64,000 nt of DNA from assembly GCA_965287045.1 (NCBI GenBank), contig OZ336899.1, forward strand, positions 19,034,001 through 19,098,000. The letters run 5' to 3'. The stretch's first letter is position 1, and the number at the start of each line of letters is the position of its first letter. The position numbers were made by a program, and so were the translations under genes. The DNA is from Carcharhinus amblyrhynchos (lineage: Eukaryota). Of this stretch, positions 24,251 to 36,621 are shown one piece after another. The notes below the pieces were generated by a model. It made no database searches. It was not told the DNA's origin and saw only the letters and a program-made list of their open reading frames with translations.

Positions 24251-24385
24251 GGGTGGCTCAGTGGTGCAGTGGTTAGTACTGCTGCCTTACAGCATCTAAA
24301 CCTGGATTTGATTCCGGCCCGGGGTCTGTTTGTGTGGAGATTGCATGTTCTCCCCATGTCTGTGTGGGTTTTTGTTGGCTGCTGT
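24251..24385 (+). mobile_element. HE1-like V-SINE 5' fragment
   Basis: gggtggctcagtggtgcagtggttagtactgctgcc...tgcatgttctccccatgtctgtgtgggttt. Confidence 0.75.
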
Positions 24386-24585
24386 GGCATGTGTGTGTCA
24401 TACAAAAGTCTGATGTATGCACCATTAGGATTTGGAAAGGTTAAGAGATATCACGAGTGTCATTTCTCTATGACCCACTGCAACACCTACCGCTTACCCA
24501 ATGGCAGTGACTTGTCACTGGTGAGTGCCACACAGTGTGTGGGTATTAAGTGTGCATTTGTTCAGTCTGAGTGCTAGGCAGAACA

Positions 24586-25084
24586 TGAGTTCATACTCAG
24601 TGTTGGAGTGTTACAATGAGAGTTTACACCCAGTGTTAGTGTGAATGTATATCCAGTGTTGGAGTGTTACATTGTGAATTTATATCCAGTGTTACAGTGA
24701 GAATGTATATCCAGTGTTGAAATGTTACAGTATGAGTTTATAACCAGTGTTACATTATGAATTTATACCCAGGGTTACAGTGTGAATGTATATCCAGTGT
24801 TGGAATGTTACAGTGAGTGCTTATATCCAGTGCTAGAATATTAGTGTGAGTTCATACCCAGTGTTTTAGTGTGAGTTTAGATCCAGTTTGTACCCTCTGT
24901 CACATGTTACAGTGTGAATTTATATCCAGTGTGGGAATGTTACATTGAGAGTTCATACCCAATGTTACAGTGTGAATTTATATCCAGTGTTGGGCGTTAC
25001 AGTGATAGTTTATACCCAGTTTGTACCCAGTGTCGGGTGTTACAGTGTGAGAACTTACGCCCCCTGTTGGAGCATTACAGCATG
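24586..25084. repeat. Degenerate minisatellite (~33-bp unit with ~24-bp variants)
   Basis: Repeated ccagtgttggagtgttacagtgtgagtttata[c/t]. Shorter units lack one gtgttgga segment. Confidence 0.85.
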
Positions 25085-25254
25085 ACATTTTAAATCAAAT
25101 CCAGTTTACAAAAGGAAGCCAGAAAAGGTTTTCAAATGTCAGCAATCTGATTGCCCAAGGAGGAACTTCTGAAGCTTAGAATATTTATATTAAGAAAACA
25201 GAAGCATGTGGCTACTTCTCTAGATAGCAAATAAGCAAAGGAAATCTGTCTTAC

Positions 25255-25299
25255 CGCGTCTAATATTTCAAACTTCTTCTTTGCCTGAAGAACGTTAAT
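25255..25299 (-). CDS. ACAP3: ACAP3 internal exon (probable exon 7, 45 nt), INVLQAKKKFEILDA
   Basis: atctttcttag|ATTAACGTT...TTAGACGCG|gtaaga. Phase 0-0, continues the frame. Confidence 0.95.
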
Positions 25300-25403
25300 C
25301 TAAGAAAGATAAGATCATGAGTTAAGGTTCATTATCAGATGCTGTGAGCTCAAATACATTAGCTGGCTATATTCTCTGTTTTATTGATAATTGGGTATTA
25401 CTA

Positions 25404-26668
25404 TGTGATGATGGATGTTATTTTTAAAAATATTTTGAGATTATGTTTGTATTCTGCATAGGCAAAAAAACTGCAAATGGGTGTGAGTCCATTATTAATT
25501 AGACTAGGGAAAGGTTACTGGGGACAACTTGTCCGTGACAACCAACAGATAAAAGAATATGTGTTAGGTTCATGCATTTGCAACGAGGGGTCATAGTTTA
25601 AGTTAAAAGTAAATCGGGTTGGATCTAAAATTTGAATTGTAATATAAATGAAGACATGGTGTTTCAACTGTTGAGTTCCAAAGGGGAGTTCCAATGTGAC
25701 AAGGAACCTTTACAACTTCCAAAGATTTCACAGGTAAACAGGGGAAAGTGTGCTAAATTTGAATGACCGAAAGTAGAGATAAGATAGGAAAACATGAAAG
25801 ATTTTTACATTTGGAGAAGTTAAGTTCAAATTGAGGACAATGGAACTTGAGATGAAAGAGGAAGAAAAGATATTTTAGGAAAGATGTTTAGCTGAGTGAT
25901 GGCTGTGTGAGGAAATGTTCTGAAGCCCAGGCCTGTGTGCTGGGAAGGTGTGAAAGTTTTGAATCTGAACCAGTCATCCAGTTTCAAGCCAGAAATGTCT
26001 TTCTCAGATAACAGTTTGTTTCTGAACTTTCTTACTGCATTTCCATATCTGAGTGGGAAATGTTTGAGGTGTTGCGCAGTGTTCGTTTATTAAAGTGACA
26101 ATAATTCTCTGCTTTAGGCAATACTATTGATTTTTAGAGTTAAAAGTCTATAAGTTCATAAGTTATAGGAGCAGAATTAGGCCAGTCCGCTCCACCATTC
26201 GATCATGGCTGATATGCTCCTCATCCCCATTTTCCTGCCTTCTCCCCATAACCCTTCAACCCATTACTAGTTAAAAATCTGTCTAACTCCTCCTTAAATT
26301 TACTCACTGTCCCAGTATCCACCGCACTTTGGGGTAGCAAATTTCACAATCCTTCGGGAGCAGTAGTTTCTCTTCATATGAAAGAGTTGTTGCTAAGAGG
26401 GTAGTTTACTTGTATAATTTTGACCAGATGGGTTTTGGGGGTTTGTTCTGTAAGATTGTTTTAACAGTGTAACTTTAATCTCATGCACTTAAGTTTTTTT
26501 CCCTTTTTAATAAAATGTTAATCTTTAAAATCCTAAAGGTGTTACTGGGGTACTATGCTTTTTTCTACTCATTTTCAAAATACAAATATAAAGGTTAATG
26601 AATAGTAAGACAGGTTTCCCTCTGAGACTTGGCTCGCTCAGCAAATAACATCTGCTGCGGTCATAACA
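25404..26668. mobile_element. Solo LTR with nested CR1 3' fragment (~26150-26377, -)
   Basis: Termini TGTGATGA...TCATAACA, with a perfect 4-bp TSD acta at 25400-25403 and 26669-26672. Confidence 0.75.
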
Positions 26669-27120
26669 ACTATGACTAATATTTCCTATTTTATTGAGGG
26701 TTGTCAGTAATACTTCCTGTTTTGCTGATTGTTGGGACTAATGCGCTCTGTTTGGTGTTAGCCGGTGTTGATGCTCCTTGTGAACTCTGGCTGTTTCATT
26801 GATCACTGCTGCACAGCTCATGTTAAACACGTCAACAGTGCCGTACTGTCTAGACAATGCAGCCAAAAAGGCATCCAGGCTGAACCCTTTGTTGCTATGG
26901 AGAACTGAAGATTGGCTGCTGATACACCAGACAAAGGGGGAATGATATAGCGAGCTGGAGGGCCATGCAGACAGTGATGATTTTTCTATATTCATTTTAA
27001 GGCACATTTAGGACAATATGTCTCAATTTTACAATAATAATTCATTGTCATCCGCGATTTGAATTGAATGATTTAGTTCTAACTGGTGAACACCACAGTT
27101 AAGCTATTAAGCTTATTAAG

Positions 27121-27758
27121 ATCATAGAACTCTACAGTGCAGAAAGAGGCCCTTCAGCCCATCGAGTCTGCACTGAACACAACCCCACCCTGGCCCTACC
27201 CCCATATCCCTACATACCATACCCACTAATCCCTCTAACGTATGCATCTCTGGACACTAAGGGGCAATTTCTTAGCGTGGCCAATCAACCTAACCTGCAC
27301 ATCTTTGGATGTGGGAGGAAACCGGAGTATTTGGAGGAAACCCATGCAGACACGAGGAGAACGTGCAAACTCCACACAGACAGTGACCCAAGCCGGGAAT
27401 CGAACCCAGGACCCTGGAGCTGTGAAGCAGCAGTGCTAACCACTGTGCTACCGTGCCGCCCATTAAGCTTATTTATTAGTGCTACAAGTAGGCTTACATT
27501 AACACTGCAATGAAGTTACTGTGAAAATCCCCTAATCGCCACACACTGGTGCCTGTTCAGGTACACTGAGGGAGAATTTAGCATGGCCAATGCACCTAAC
27601 CAGCACGTCTTTCGGACTGTTGGAGAAAACCAGAACACCCGGAGGAAACCCACGCAGAAACAGGGAGAACATGCAAACTCCACACAGACAGTGACCTAAG
27701 CCAGGAATCGAACCTGGGTCCCTGATGCTGTGAGGTAGCAGCGCTAACCTCTGCCACC
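27121..27758 (-). mobile_element. Two adjacent HE1-like V-SINEs: tail A (27121-27461) and tail B (27469-27758)
   Basis: Two successive reverse-complement consensus copies. attaag(ctt) occurs on both sides of the first. Confidence 0.88.
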
Positions 27759-28154
27759 AAATAAAGGTCTCAAAGTATATTAAATGAGGGTCATCTCAAA
27801 GCTTTGTTATTTAAGGTGGGGAAGAATTAGAAGAGCCTGGAACATGTATATCATACAGACATCACTGCAGCAATGTGGCATGATTACAAGTTGCACTGTG
27901 TGTCTGTGAACAAACTGGAGCTCTGATAAACTCTGTGATATAAATGTGATTCCTGTTTAAATAGGGGAAACTCTTCAAGCAGAAATATCATTTCATTCAA
28001 TTGTCATATTTCTTCTTGTCTATTTCAGGCTGTTGCCCTTCATATTGTCAGAGAGATGGTTGCAGCAAGTCAGCTACTTGGGGAGAATTACCGAGACTGA
28101 ATGTTGACGGGTGGGTCAGTGGGGGAACTGAGTAGAGCACTTCCAAAGCAACAC

Positions 28155-28800
28155 TTTTTGTATTCTCTCATGGAACCTGGACATCACCAGCTTGGCCAGC
28201 CATTTTATTGCCCATCTCTAACTGTCCTTGAGGAGGTGATGGGAGCCACCGTCTTGAATCGCTGCGGTCCATGTGGTGTAGGTGCACCCACAGTGCTGTT
28301 AGCAAGGGAGTTCCAGGATTTTGACCCAGCGACTGTGAAGGAATGGTGAGTGACGTGGAGGGGAACTTGCAGATGGTGTTTTTTTCCAACAATCAACAAT
28401 GGTCATCAGTAGATTCCTAATTCCAGATATTTTTTATTGAGTTCAAATTCCACCACCTGCCGTGACAGGATTTGAACCCGGGTCCCCAGAACATTAGCTG
28501 AGTTTCTGGATTAATAGTCTAGTGATAATACCACTGGGCCAAAACCTCCCCAGCACTTGTATAACGCAAATGGTACTTGCCATATATCAGCCCTGCTTTT
28601 GGTATCTGAGGAGTTATGAATGGTGCTGAACGTGGTACAACCATCATACAGTAGTCCCATCTCTGCCTGTGACGGAGGGAAGGTCATTGATGAAGTGGCT
28701 GAAGAGGGTTAGGCCTGGGACACTACCCAGAGGTTGTCCTGGGGCTGAGAGGGTTTGACCCTCAGCAACCATGACCATCTTCTTTGTGATGTGGCTCGCG
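28155..28800 (-). mobile_element. CR1/L2-superfamily LINE 3' fragment interrupted by SINE family 2 head (~28395-28550)
   Basis: ORF 28205..28399(-) SFTVAGSKSWNSLANSTVGAPTPHGPQRFK. The 3' end gatgggcaataaaatggctggcc is shared with SINE family 2. Confidence 0.7.
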
Positions 28801-29446
28801 ACACAGAACTAACACAGGGGCTTACACTGAGTGACATACGGTGCCTAATAGGCACACTTATATACATGAGGAGTATCAAGTCAGTGACAGCAGGGAGCCG
28901 TGATGTAGTAATCTGACATTTTTGACAGTGTAATCTCAGAATTATCTGTAAAAGCCTATTGTGACACGGCTGAACGGTTCCTGCATCCTTTCCCACATGT
29001 TGAAGCTAATTACTTACTGACACTGGAATGGATTTCAGGCTGGGAAGAGGTTGGTGGGAGCATGGTGCTGCCATCATGTGGCAGACTGCTGGAATTGAAG
29101 TCAAACAGCGGCTGAACATCAGTCGGCCTGAGCCGTATCTCGAGCCATAGAATAAACAGGAATTTGCTGATTTGACTGAGGTCTTGGCTGAGCTTCGAGT
29201 CCACGTTGTCAGATTACACGCGACGTGGCAGAAGGAAGGGTTTCACAGAGTGGTCAAAGCGTGGAACTTGTTCCCACAAGAAGTAGTCGTGATGAATAGT
29301 GTAGATGGATTTAAGGGGACAATGGTTAAATACATGGGTTGGGGGGAGGGAATAGAAGGATATGGTGTATTGAAGTAAGGTGGGAGGAGGCTTTTGTGGA
29401 ACATCAACGCTGGCTAGGCTGAATGAGCTGTTTATTGTGCTGTACT

Positions 29447-29758
29447 GGGCGGCACAGTGGCAAGCACTGCTGCCTCACAGCGCCAGGAACCCGGGTTCGA
29501 TTCCGGTCTCGGGTCGCTGTCTGTGTGGAGTTTGCACTTTCTCCCTGTGTCTGTGTGGGTTTCCTCCGGGTGATCCGGTTTCCTCCCACACTCCAAAGAT
29601 GTGCGGGTTAGGTTGATTGGCCATGCTAAATTTGACCCTAGTGTCAGGAGGATTAGCAGGGTAAATGAGAGTTACGGGAAAAGGGCCTGGGTGGGATTGC
29701 GGTCGGTGTAGGCTCGATGGGCTGAACGGCCTTCCTCTGCACTGTAGGGATTCTATGA
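29447..29758 (+). mobile_element. HE1-like V-SINE, tail A (follows a CR1 3' fragment ~29190-29445)
   Basis: gggcggcacagtggcaagcactgctgcctcacagcgccagg...ctgcactgtagggattctatga. Confidence 0.88.
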
Positions 29759-29924
29759 AATTCACTGTCAATGTTTCTGAAGCTGAAATGAGTTCAGAAC
29801 AGGGAGGAGATTCACAGATGAGGAAATCTTCATGGGGGAGGGAGGGTGGACAATTAAACAGACTGGATGAAGATTGAGGCAAATCTCGAAGCACATTAGG
29901 AATAAGGGAGAAACAGCTTTAAAA

Positions 29925-30270
29925 ACTGAGGGGATGAGACACCCAGAGGGTGAGATGAGACATCGGGGGGGAGGGGTGAGACACCGGGGTGGGGGGGGGG
30001 AACGGTGGGGGGAGACACCGAGGTGGGGGGGGGTGGTGGTGAGACACCGAGGGGGTGAGACACAGGGGGCAGGGCCTAGGGGTGATCGCTGGGGGTGGGG
30101 GCTCCCACTGCAGCTCTGCACGGGGAACGGTCAGGGTTGGAGGGAGGCCAGTGATTGGGGATGGTCTGCAGAGGGGCACGGTTTGGGGGATGGCCACTAC
30201 TGGGGGCGGGGGGGGGGGGGGGGGGGGAGGCTGGAAATTAGGGCGCTCCTGGACGGGGGAGGGGGGAGGT
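29925..30270 (+). repeat. G-rich low-complexity tract with ggggtgagacac repeats
   Basis: About six variants of ggggtgagacac at 29930-30065 and many G runs, including a run of about 19 G near 30209-30227. Confidence 0.8.
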
Positions 30271-32004
30271 GATCAGGGCTAGCCTGGGAATGCTTGTGAG
30301 GGTCATGATCAGGTCGTGGGGGAGGGGTGTTGGAGGGGCAGCGCTGCCGGGGTCCAGGGCTGGCCGGCAAACATGGAGACTGACAGACCAGGACCACTGT
30401 GCATTCACAGAGTTCCAGATCTGTCAGGCTCCAGTACAAATCAGCCCCGCCACCCCGGGTTTTTAATAAGATTCACAACTGGGAACTCTGTAGTGCACAG
30501 AATGGAGAGTCTCGTCTGAACTCCCACTGAAAAAATAATCGGGCTTTAGACCAGTTTTCTCACCAATTCAGCACTTTTAGGAGAATAACATTTCCCCCCC
30601 CCCACTGCTGCCCACCTTTAATTGCAGCGAGTTACATCATGGGAACTATGGTGGGAATTTGACTCCAAATAATTTAGCACCAGACCCGTTCTCCCTCCCA
30701 GTGGCTCACAAACCAAACAAGTGCAGGAGATGTGGGTTTTATAAACAGAATTTCAACACACTCTGTCAAAAATGCAAGCTGTCAGAATACTTGGTCCTTG
30801 CCAACTCCAGTCAGACAGATCCGGAATGATCCCTAGTCTCCGGATCATCCTTGCACTGGCCTTCAGGGAAAAACGGAGATTTTAAAAACGGGAGGAGAAT
30901 TTGGAATTTTGAATGCAACTTATACATATTGTGTTATTGCAATCTGGAATGCACTGTCTGAAAGGACGGTGGGAGCAGATTCAATCGTAACTCCCAAAAA
31001 GAGAACTGAATATATATTTAAAAGCAAAATCATGAGGAGACAGCAGGAGAGTGGGATAATTGGGTAGCTCCTGTAAAGAGCTAGCATGAATACAATGGTC
31101 TGAATGGCCTCCTTTTGCACTGTCTGTTTGTATTGAATTCGAATACGGAATAGAGATAGGAAGCACTCAGCAGCAGGCAGACTTTAAGTTCTGCTCTGAT
31201 CTGTGAGGCGAAAGGAGCTTTAGCTTTTAACTCTGTTGTTTTTTAATGTCAGGATCAAGAGCCCCTGACAGCCAATTCCCCCGATAGTGTCAGCCTTCAC
31301 TATTAATGGAAAATCAATCCAGTGCAGCCGACAGAAAGAATGAAATATGAAGGAGGATGTCTGAATTAAGCAGGACGAATCTTTTGTGCCTTTTTTTAAA
31401 GAAGTTGAGGGCTCAGTCTTCCATCTAAACCCGACACGCTAATGTTCAACATGGAAGTCTCTTACTGAGAGAATAAGATCAAAAACATGTGTATTTGCTG
31501 CCATCATGTGGTCATTGAAGGTATACATTGAAAATAAGAAGCCTTTTCATTAACAGCCCTAGACTTTCCTAAGCAGCATCATCTCCCATTTTCCTTGCCT
31601 GACATGTACAAAAAAAGCATCGTCATGTTGAAGTAGTTTGAAGCCAAGCTAGCAAGAAGCGGTCACCGGTTTTATTTCTGTATGCCTGATGCTAACTCAT
31701 ACCACCACCACCACACCCCCCGCCCACCCCCCACACACACACAAAGGGACTGTTTACTTAAATCCAGTAAATCTGCACAGAGAAAGGATTAAGGTCCCCA
31801 AACATATCCAGGAGTGATAGTGGGGTGTAAACAGCTAAAACTGCTCAGTACAGAGCACTAATAACCTTCACTGATTATCCACATAATCCTTTTACCCATT
31901 AGTTTACAGGAATGGAACTGAGTGGCGAAAAAGGCAGCTCCCAGTGACAGGTATACTGCAGGTAGGTGCCAGTAATGTGTGGCTGACTGATCCATAATCA
32001 GCCT

Positions 32005-32430
32005 CTTAGAGTCATAGAGGTTTACAGCATGGCGTCCTTTTTTTTTAAACCTCTAAGATAAACCCAATTGCCTGTGTTTGGCCCATATTGCTCTATACCC
32101 ATCTTACCCATGTAACTATCTAAACGCTTTTTAAAAAACAAATTTGTACCCACCTCTACTATTACCTCTGGCAGCTTGTTCCAGACACTCGCTACCCTCT
32201 GTGTGAAAAAATTGCCCCTCCAGACCCTTTTGTATCTCTCCCCTCTCACCTTAAACCTATGCCGTCTAGTTTTACACTCCCCTAGCTTTGGGAAAAGATG
32301 TTGACTATCTAGCTGATCTATGCCCTCATTTTTTTTATAGACCTCTATAAAATCACCACTAAGCCTCCTACGCTCCAGGGAAAAAAATGTCTCAGTCTAT
32401 CCAGCCTCTCCTTAACTCAAACCATTAAGC
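32005..32430 (-). mobile_element. CR1 LINE 3' fragment
   Basis: ORF 32022..32249(-) RGERYKRVWRGNFFTQRVASVWNKLPE...FKKRLDSYM. Confidence 0.85.
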
Positions 32431-32772
32431 CTTGGAGTACTGCTGACCTGTCTGGATCAGATATTGGATTACTGAGTCTGACAAAATATTGACATGTTTC
32501 CAGTCTTCATCTGGGAGGCACCTCAACAGCATGAGGCCCCCACATCCCTCCCCAACAAACACAGATCAACAGTTTGATGCTCAGGAATGGCAATGATGAG
32601 CAATTCAAGCTTCCTCCTGAGGTGCTGCCCATGGGATGGGCACACAGTCCACCTTACTGAAAGGCACCTTCTCCGGATCAACAACTTGTCTGCAACATGG
32701 CGACACCCAGTCCTAGGTGTACAGACACAATTCTAGCATCCAGTTTCCCTGCAGTACTTTCTAATCCCAATT

Positions 32773-33107
32773 GGGCGGCATGGTGGCATAGCGGTTAGCA
32801 CTGCAGCCTCACAGCTCCAGGGACCCAAGATCGATTCCCGGCTTGATTCCTGGAGCTTGCACATTCTCCCCGTGTCTGTGTGGGTTTCCACTAGGTGCTC
32901 CGGTTTCCTCCCATGTTCCAAAAATGTGCAGGTTAGGTGCATTGGCCATACTAAATTGACCCTGGGATGCGGAGGTAGTGGGATTAGCAGGGTAAATATG
33001 TGGGATTACGGGGATAAGGCCTGAGTGGGATTGATGTCAGAGCAGACTCGATGAGCTGAATGGCCTTCTTCTGCACTGTAGGGTTTCTATGATACTATTT
33101 CTATGAA
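32773..33107 (+). mobile_element. HE1-like V-SINE, tail A
   Basis: gggcggcatggtggcatagcggttagcactgc...ctgcactgtagggtttctatga. Confidence 0.88.
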
Positions 33108-34210
33108 TACTGTGTTATAGAGTTCTCTCACCAGCTCGGCAGAGGGTGTATCCATCTAAAACATTAAATTCCATGATTAAATTCTGTATATTTGACGTTT
33201 TCAAATCGAGGCAATATTTGCCTCATTGGACAGTGGAATGTGTGTCCTTTCCAGATTCAGGCAGACACATGTGGGTGCCCTGGCATTGATAGAACACTTA
33301 CTGTCTGGTAGCTGAACACTGTGCTGGAGCAGTCATGGGCTCTGTCACCTTGGGATGGAGGTGCAGCGGTGCGGTGAGAGTGGGGGGTGGGGGTGTGTGG
33401 TTGTCGGTGTTGGCGTTGAACTTCAGATCTGTACAGATTCTGTGTACAGCTGTGATGGAGAGCAGGCAGGAGTTGTCTGTTCCCTGGTGCTTTGACAGTC
33501 TGCATCATCAGTCATACCCAGTGGGCGCTCCCTCACCTTGGCTACGGATTGAATCATGCTGATTGCAGGGCGAACTGACTGAAGCCCGTGCTGCTCGGTT
33601 CACTCAAATCCCAATATTTTCTGCATATTTCCAGCTCCAATTTACTCTGTCCCTGAACCTTACCTCCTTCTGTCTCTCCTTCATCAACGTTTTGGAATTG
33701 GAACAGTTTCACATGAACAACACTCCCCGAATTCCCTCCACCCCACTGCACTACTTTTGATGGGATTCCAGTTCTGTCGACCTTGAGCTTCACAGCAAGC
33801 AGAAACTAAAACCCAGAACACTTAAACCACATCAGGGTGGAGAACAATATGAGGGAAGCTTTGAAGAAGTGGCTGGAAGCCAGACAGAAAGATGACTGCA
33901 GTGATTTAATGAGCTGACTCCTTAGCACACTGCTCCATCCTATCACTGAGTGCTTAGCTTATGTCACGTTCACTGCTTTAATGTACCTTCTGGTTATCCA
34001 TTACGTCATTCTCCCTACAGATTAATCCCTCGCTGGGGACAAGCTGCTCTTCTGCAAGTTGCACATCAATTTTCATTGTTTATAACTGGGGAAATATCTC
34101 CCTCGGCATCCTCTACTCGAGGCAGTTATCTCCTCTCCTGAAGCTGTTGGCTCCTGGTTTAGTTACAGCTGCCACTCATCCCAGTGCTCCACCCTTCTGA
34201 GCGCATACAG

Positions 34211-34551
34211 GCACGGCACGGTGGCACAGTGGCTAGCACCCCTGCCTCACAGCTCCAGGGACCCGGGTTCGAATCCCGGCCTCGGGTCACTGTCTGTGTG
34301 GAATCTGCATGTTCTCCCTGTGTCTGCGTGGGTTTCCTCTGGATGCCCCGGTTTCCTCCCACATTCCAAAGATGTGCGGGTTAGGTGGATTGGCCATGCT
34401 AAATCGTCCCTTAGTGTCCCAGGATGCGTAGGTTAGAGGGATTAACAGGGTAAATTTGTGGGGTGACGGTGTTAGGGCCTGGGTGGGAGTGTTGTCAGTG
34501 CTGACTCAATGGGTTGAATGGTCTTCTTCTGCACTGTACAGTTTCTATGAT
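34211..34551 (+). mobile_element. HE1-like V-SINE, tail A, full length
   Basis: cggcacggtggcacagtggctagc...ggttcgaatcccggc...ctgcactgtacagtttctatga. Confidence 0.9.
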
Positions 34552-34972
34552 TTTTACACAATGAAGAACGACAGGCTATTCAGCTGCAGGCACCATCACA
34601 GTCTTGCCTGATGCTGCCTTATCCAATGTCCAAACTTCCTATCACAAGCCACTGGACTGTGTCCAAGGACGGGCAGTCTGATTTTTTTTGCCTGGTGATT
34701 CTGTGTCCACCTGCAACTGGTCAACTCACAGCCTGGACTCAGATCAGCACTCGCCTGAATCTCCCTGGACTGGGGCACCATACACACTTCACAAGTACCA
34801 ACGTGAAGACTGAACCAGGTGGAATTTCACACTGGAATCAGGTTTGGCACTCAGGCCTTTGGGAGGGTCCTGGTATCAGAGAGAGCCCTCCTGCTTCTCC
34901 TTACACAGTGGTCCAGAAACCTTCAGCTTTGGAGCATCTCCTGAGGCCCAGTTTCTCTGTTTCCCGTCATAC

Positions 34973-35156
34973 CTGAAGGACGTAGTCGAGTGCCAGGTGC
35001 CTGAAGCATTTCCTCGTCATGGTCAGTGTCCCCGTGGCCTCCTCCACTTCGTGCGTCTTGTTGCGAGTCGCTTGCGCGTTCTTGATCAATGCCAGGTCCA
35101 TGTCCTCTCGGACCTTATCAAAATGCTTCTTGGTCTCCTTGAACTTCCGAACATCT
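34973..35156 (-). CDS. ACAP3: ACAP3 internal exon (probable exon 6, 184 nt), (E)DVRKFKETKKHFDKVREDMDLALIKNAQATRNKTHEVEEATGTLTMTRKCFRHLALDYVLQ
   Basis: Lies within ORF 34967..35179(-). Boundaries are aaatgcag|AGATGTT and CTTCAG|gtatga. DVRKFKETKK and CFRHLALDYVLQ are ACAP3-type rather than ACAP2-type (DLRKFKDAKK, CFRHIALDY). Confidence 0.96.
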
Positions 35157-35414
35157 CTGCATTTTGACAAGAAACACAAATATTCTATTAGTGGGATGGG
35201 GTGGTGGGAGGTGGGGGGGTGGAATTTAAAGATTCAGTTTCATATGTGACTCATATGAAAATATGTCCCAAAGGCCCACTACACAACGGGCTTTCGCAAA
35301 CGGAGAAATGAACCTCTCTTCCAGTGAGGCTCAAGGCACCTTAATTGAATTTGACCAAATTACCATGGTTGAAGGTGGAGTTAAGTAGGTAATAGAAGAA
35401 CAAGAGTGAATATG

Positions 35415-35735
35415 ATTTTTTAAATGTGTTCATGTGGGTGTTTACTGCCTATCCCTGAGGGCATTTAACAGTCAACCATATTGCTGTAGTTATATGTAGG
35501 CCAGACCAGGTAAGGACAACAGATTTCCTTTCCTAAAGGACATTAGCAAACCAAAATTGTTTTTTTTATAACAACTGGCAATAGTTTCATGGCCATCAAT
35601 AGACTCCAGGTTTTTATTGAATTCAGATTTCATCATCTGTCCTGGTGGGATTTGAGCCAGGATCCCCAGAGCATTACCCTGGCTCACTGGATTAATAGTT
35701 CAGTGACAATACCACTATGCCTGTGCCTCCCCACA
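35415..35735 (-). mobile_element. tRNA-derived SINE family 2, diverged
   Basis: gtaggccagaccaggtaaggacaacagatttcctttcctaaaggacattag...ggattaatagttcagtgacaataccacta. Confidence 0.7.
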
Positions 35736-35931
35736 TAGTTTATGGCACTTGCTAAAGAGTGACTAGTTGGATGTGGTATCAGACAGCAGCCTAAGGTCTG
35801 TGGGGCTGGTGCCACTAGATGGGGAGGGGAAGGGCAGGACAGTAGAAGGAGAAAGATGAACAGAAATTGAGTGAAACCTTGTACATAGTTACTAAGGGGA
35901 AGCATTCTGCTTTAGATGTGGTTCTGTGCAT

Positions 35932-36265
35932 TAAGTTCATAAGATATAGGAGCAGAATTACGCCATTCGGCCCATCACAGCTGCTCTGCCATTCAATTAT
36001 GGCTGATATACTCCTCATCCCCATTTTCCTGCCTTCTCCCCAGAACCCTTCAACCCATTCCCAATTAAAAATCTGTCTAACTCCTCCTTAAATTTACTCA
36101 CTGTCCCAGCATCCATTGCACTTTGGGGCAACGAATTCCACAGATTCACAACCCTTTGGGAGCAGTCTTTTCTCCTCATATAAGACTACACACTTCCTTC
36201 CCTTTATATTCTATTCCTTTAGCTATAAATACCAACATTCCATTTGCTTTCTATATTATCTGCTG
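35932..36265 (-). mobile_element. CR1 LINE 3' fragment
   Basis: aagttcataagatataggagcagaatta...aaaaatctgtctaactcctccttaaatttactcactgtccc. Same subfamily as 26150-26377 and 63465-63675. Confidence 0.8.
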
Positions 36266-36310
36266 TACCTACGTTAAACAACCGCTAAAGATGGTATCGA
36301 TTGGCAGGCA

Positions 36311-36621
36311 TTCATAGAATCCCTACAGTGCAGAAGGAGGCCATTCAGCCCAACTCTGCACGATCACTATCCCATTTAGGCCCTTTTCCCATAGCCCCGC
36401 ATATTTTCCCTGCTAATCTCCTGACACTCAGGGGCAATTTAGCATGGCCAATGCCCCTAACCCACACATCTTTGGACTGTGGGAGGAAACACCTGGAGGA
36501 AACACATGCAGACACGGGAAGAATGTGCAGACTCCACACAGACAGCGACCCGAGGCTGGAATTGAACCCGGGTCCCTGCTGCTGATAGGCTGCAATGCTT
36601 ACCAATGTGCCACTATGTCAC
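36311..36621 (-). mobile_element. HE1-like V-SINE, tail A
   Basis: tcatagaatccctacagtgcagaaggaggcc...gactccacacagacagcgaccc. Confidence 0.85.

Noticed and set aside
29768-30519. Gly/Pro-rich ORFs
   Set aside because: Products of G-rich low-complexity sequence lacking stop codons.
34211-34290. tRNA genes
   Set aside because: The A/B-box-like heads continue into SINE bodies and do not form complete, discrete tRNA genes.
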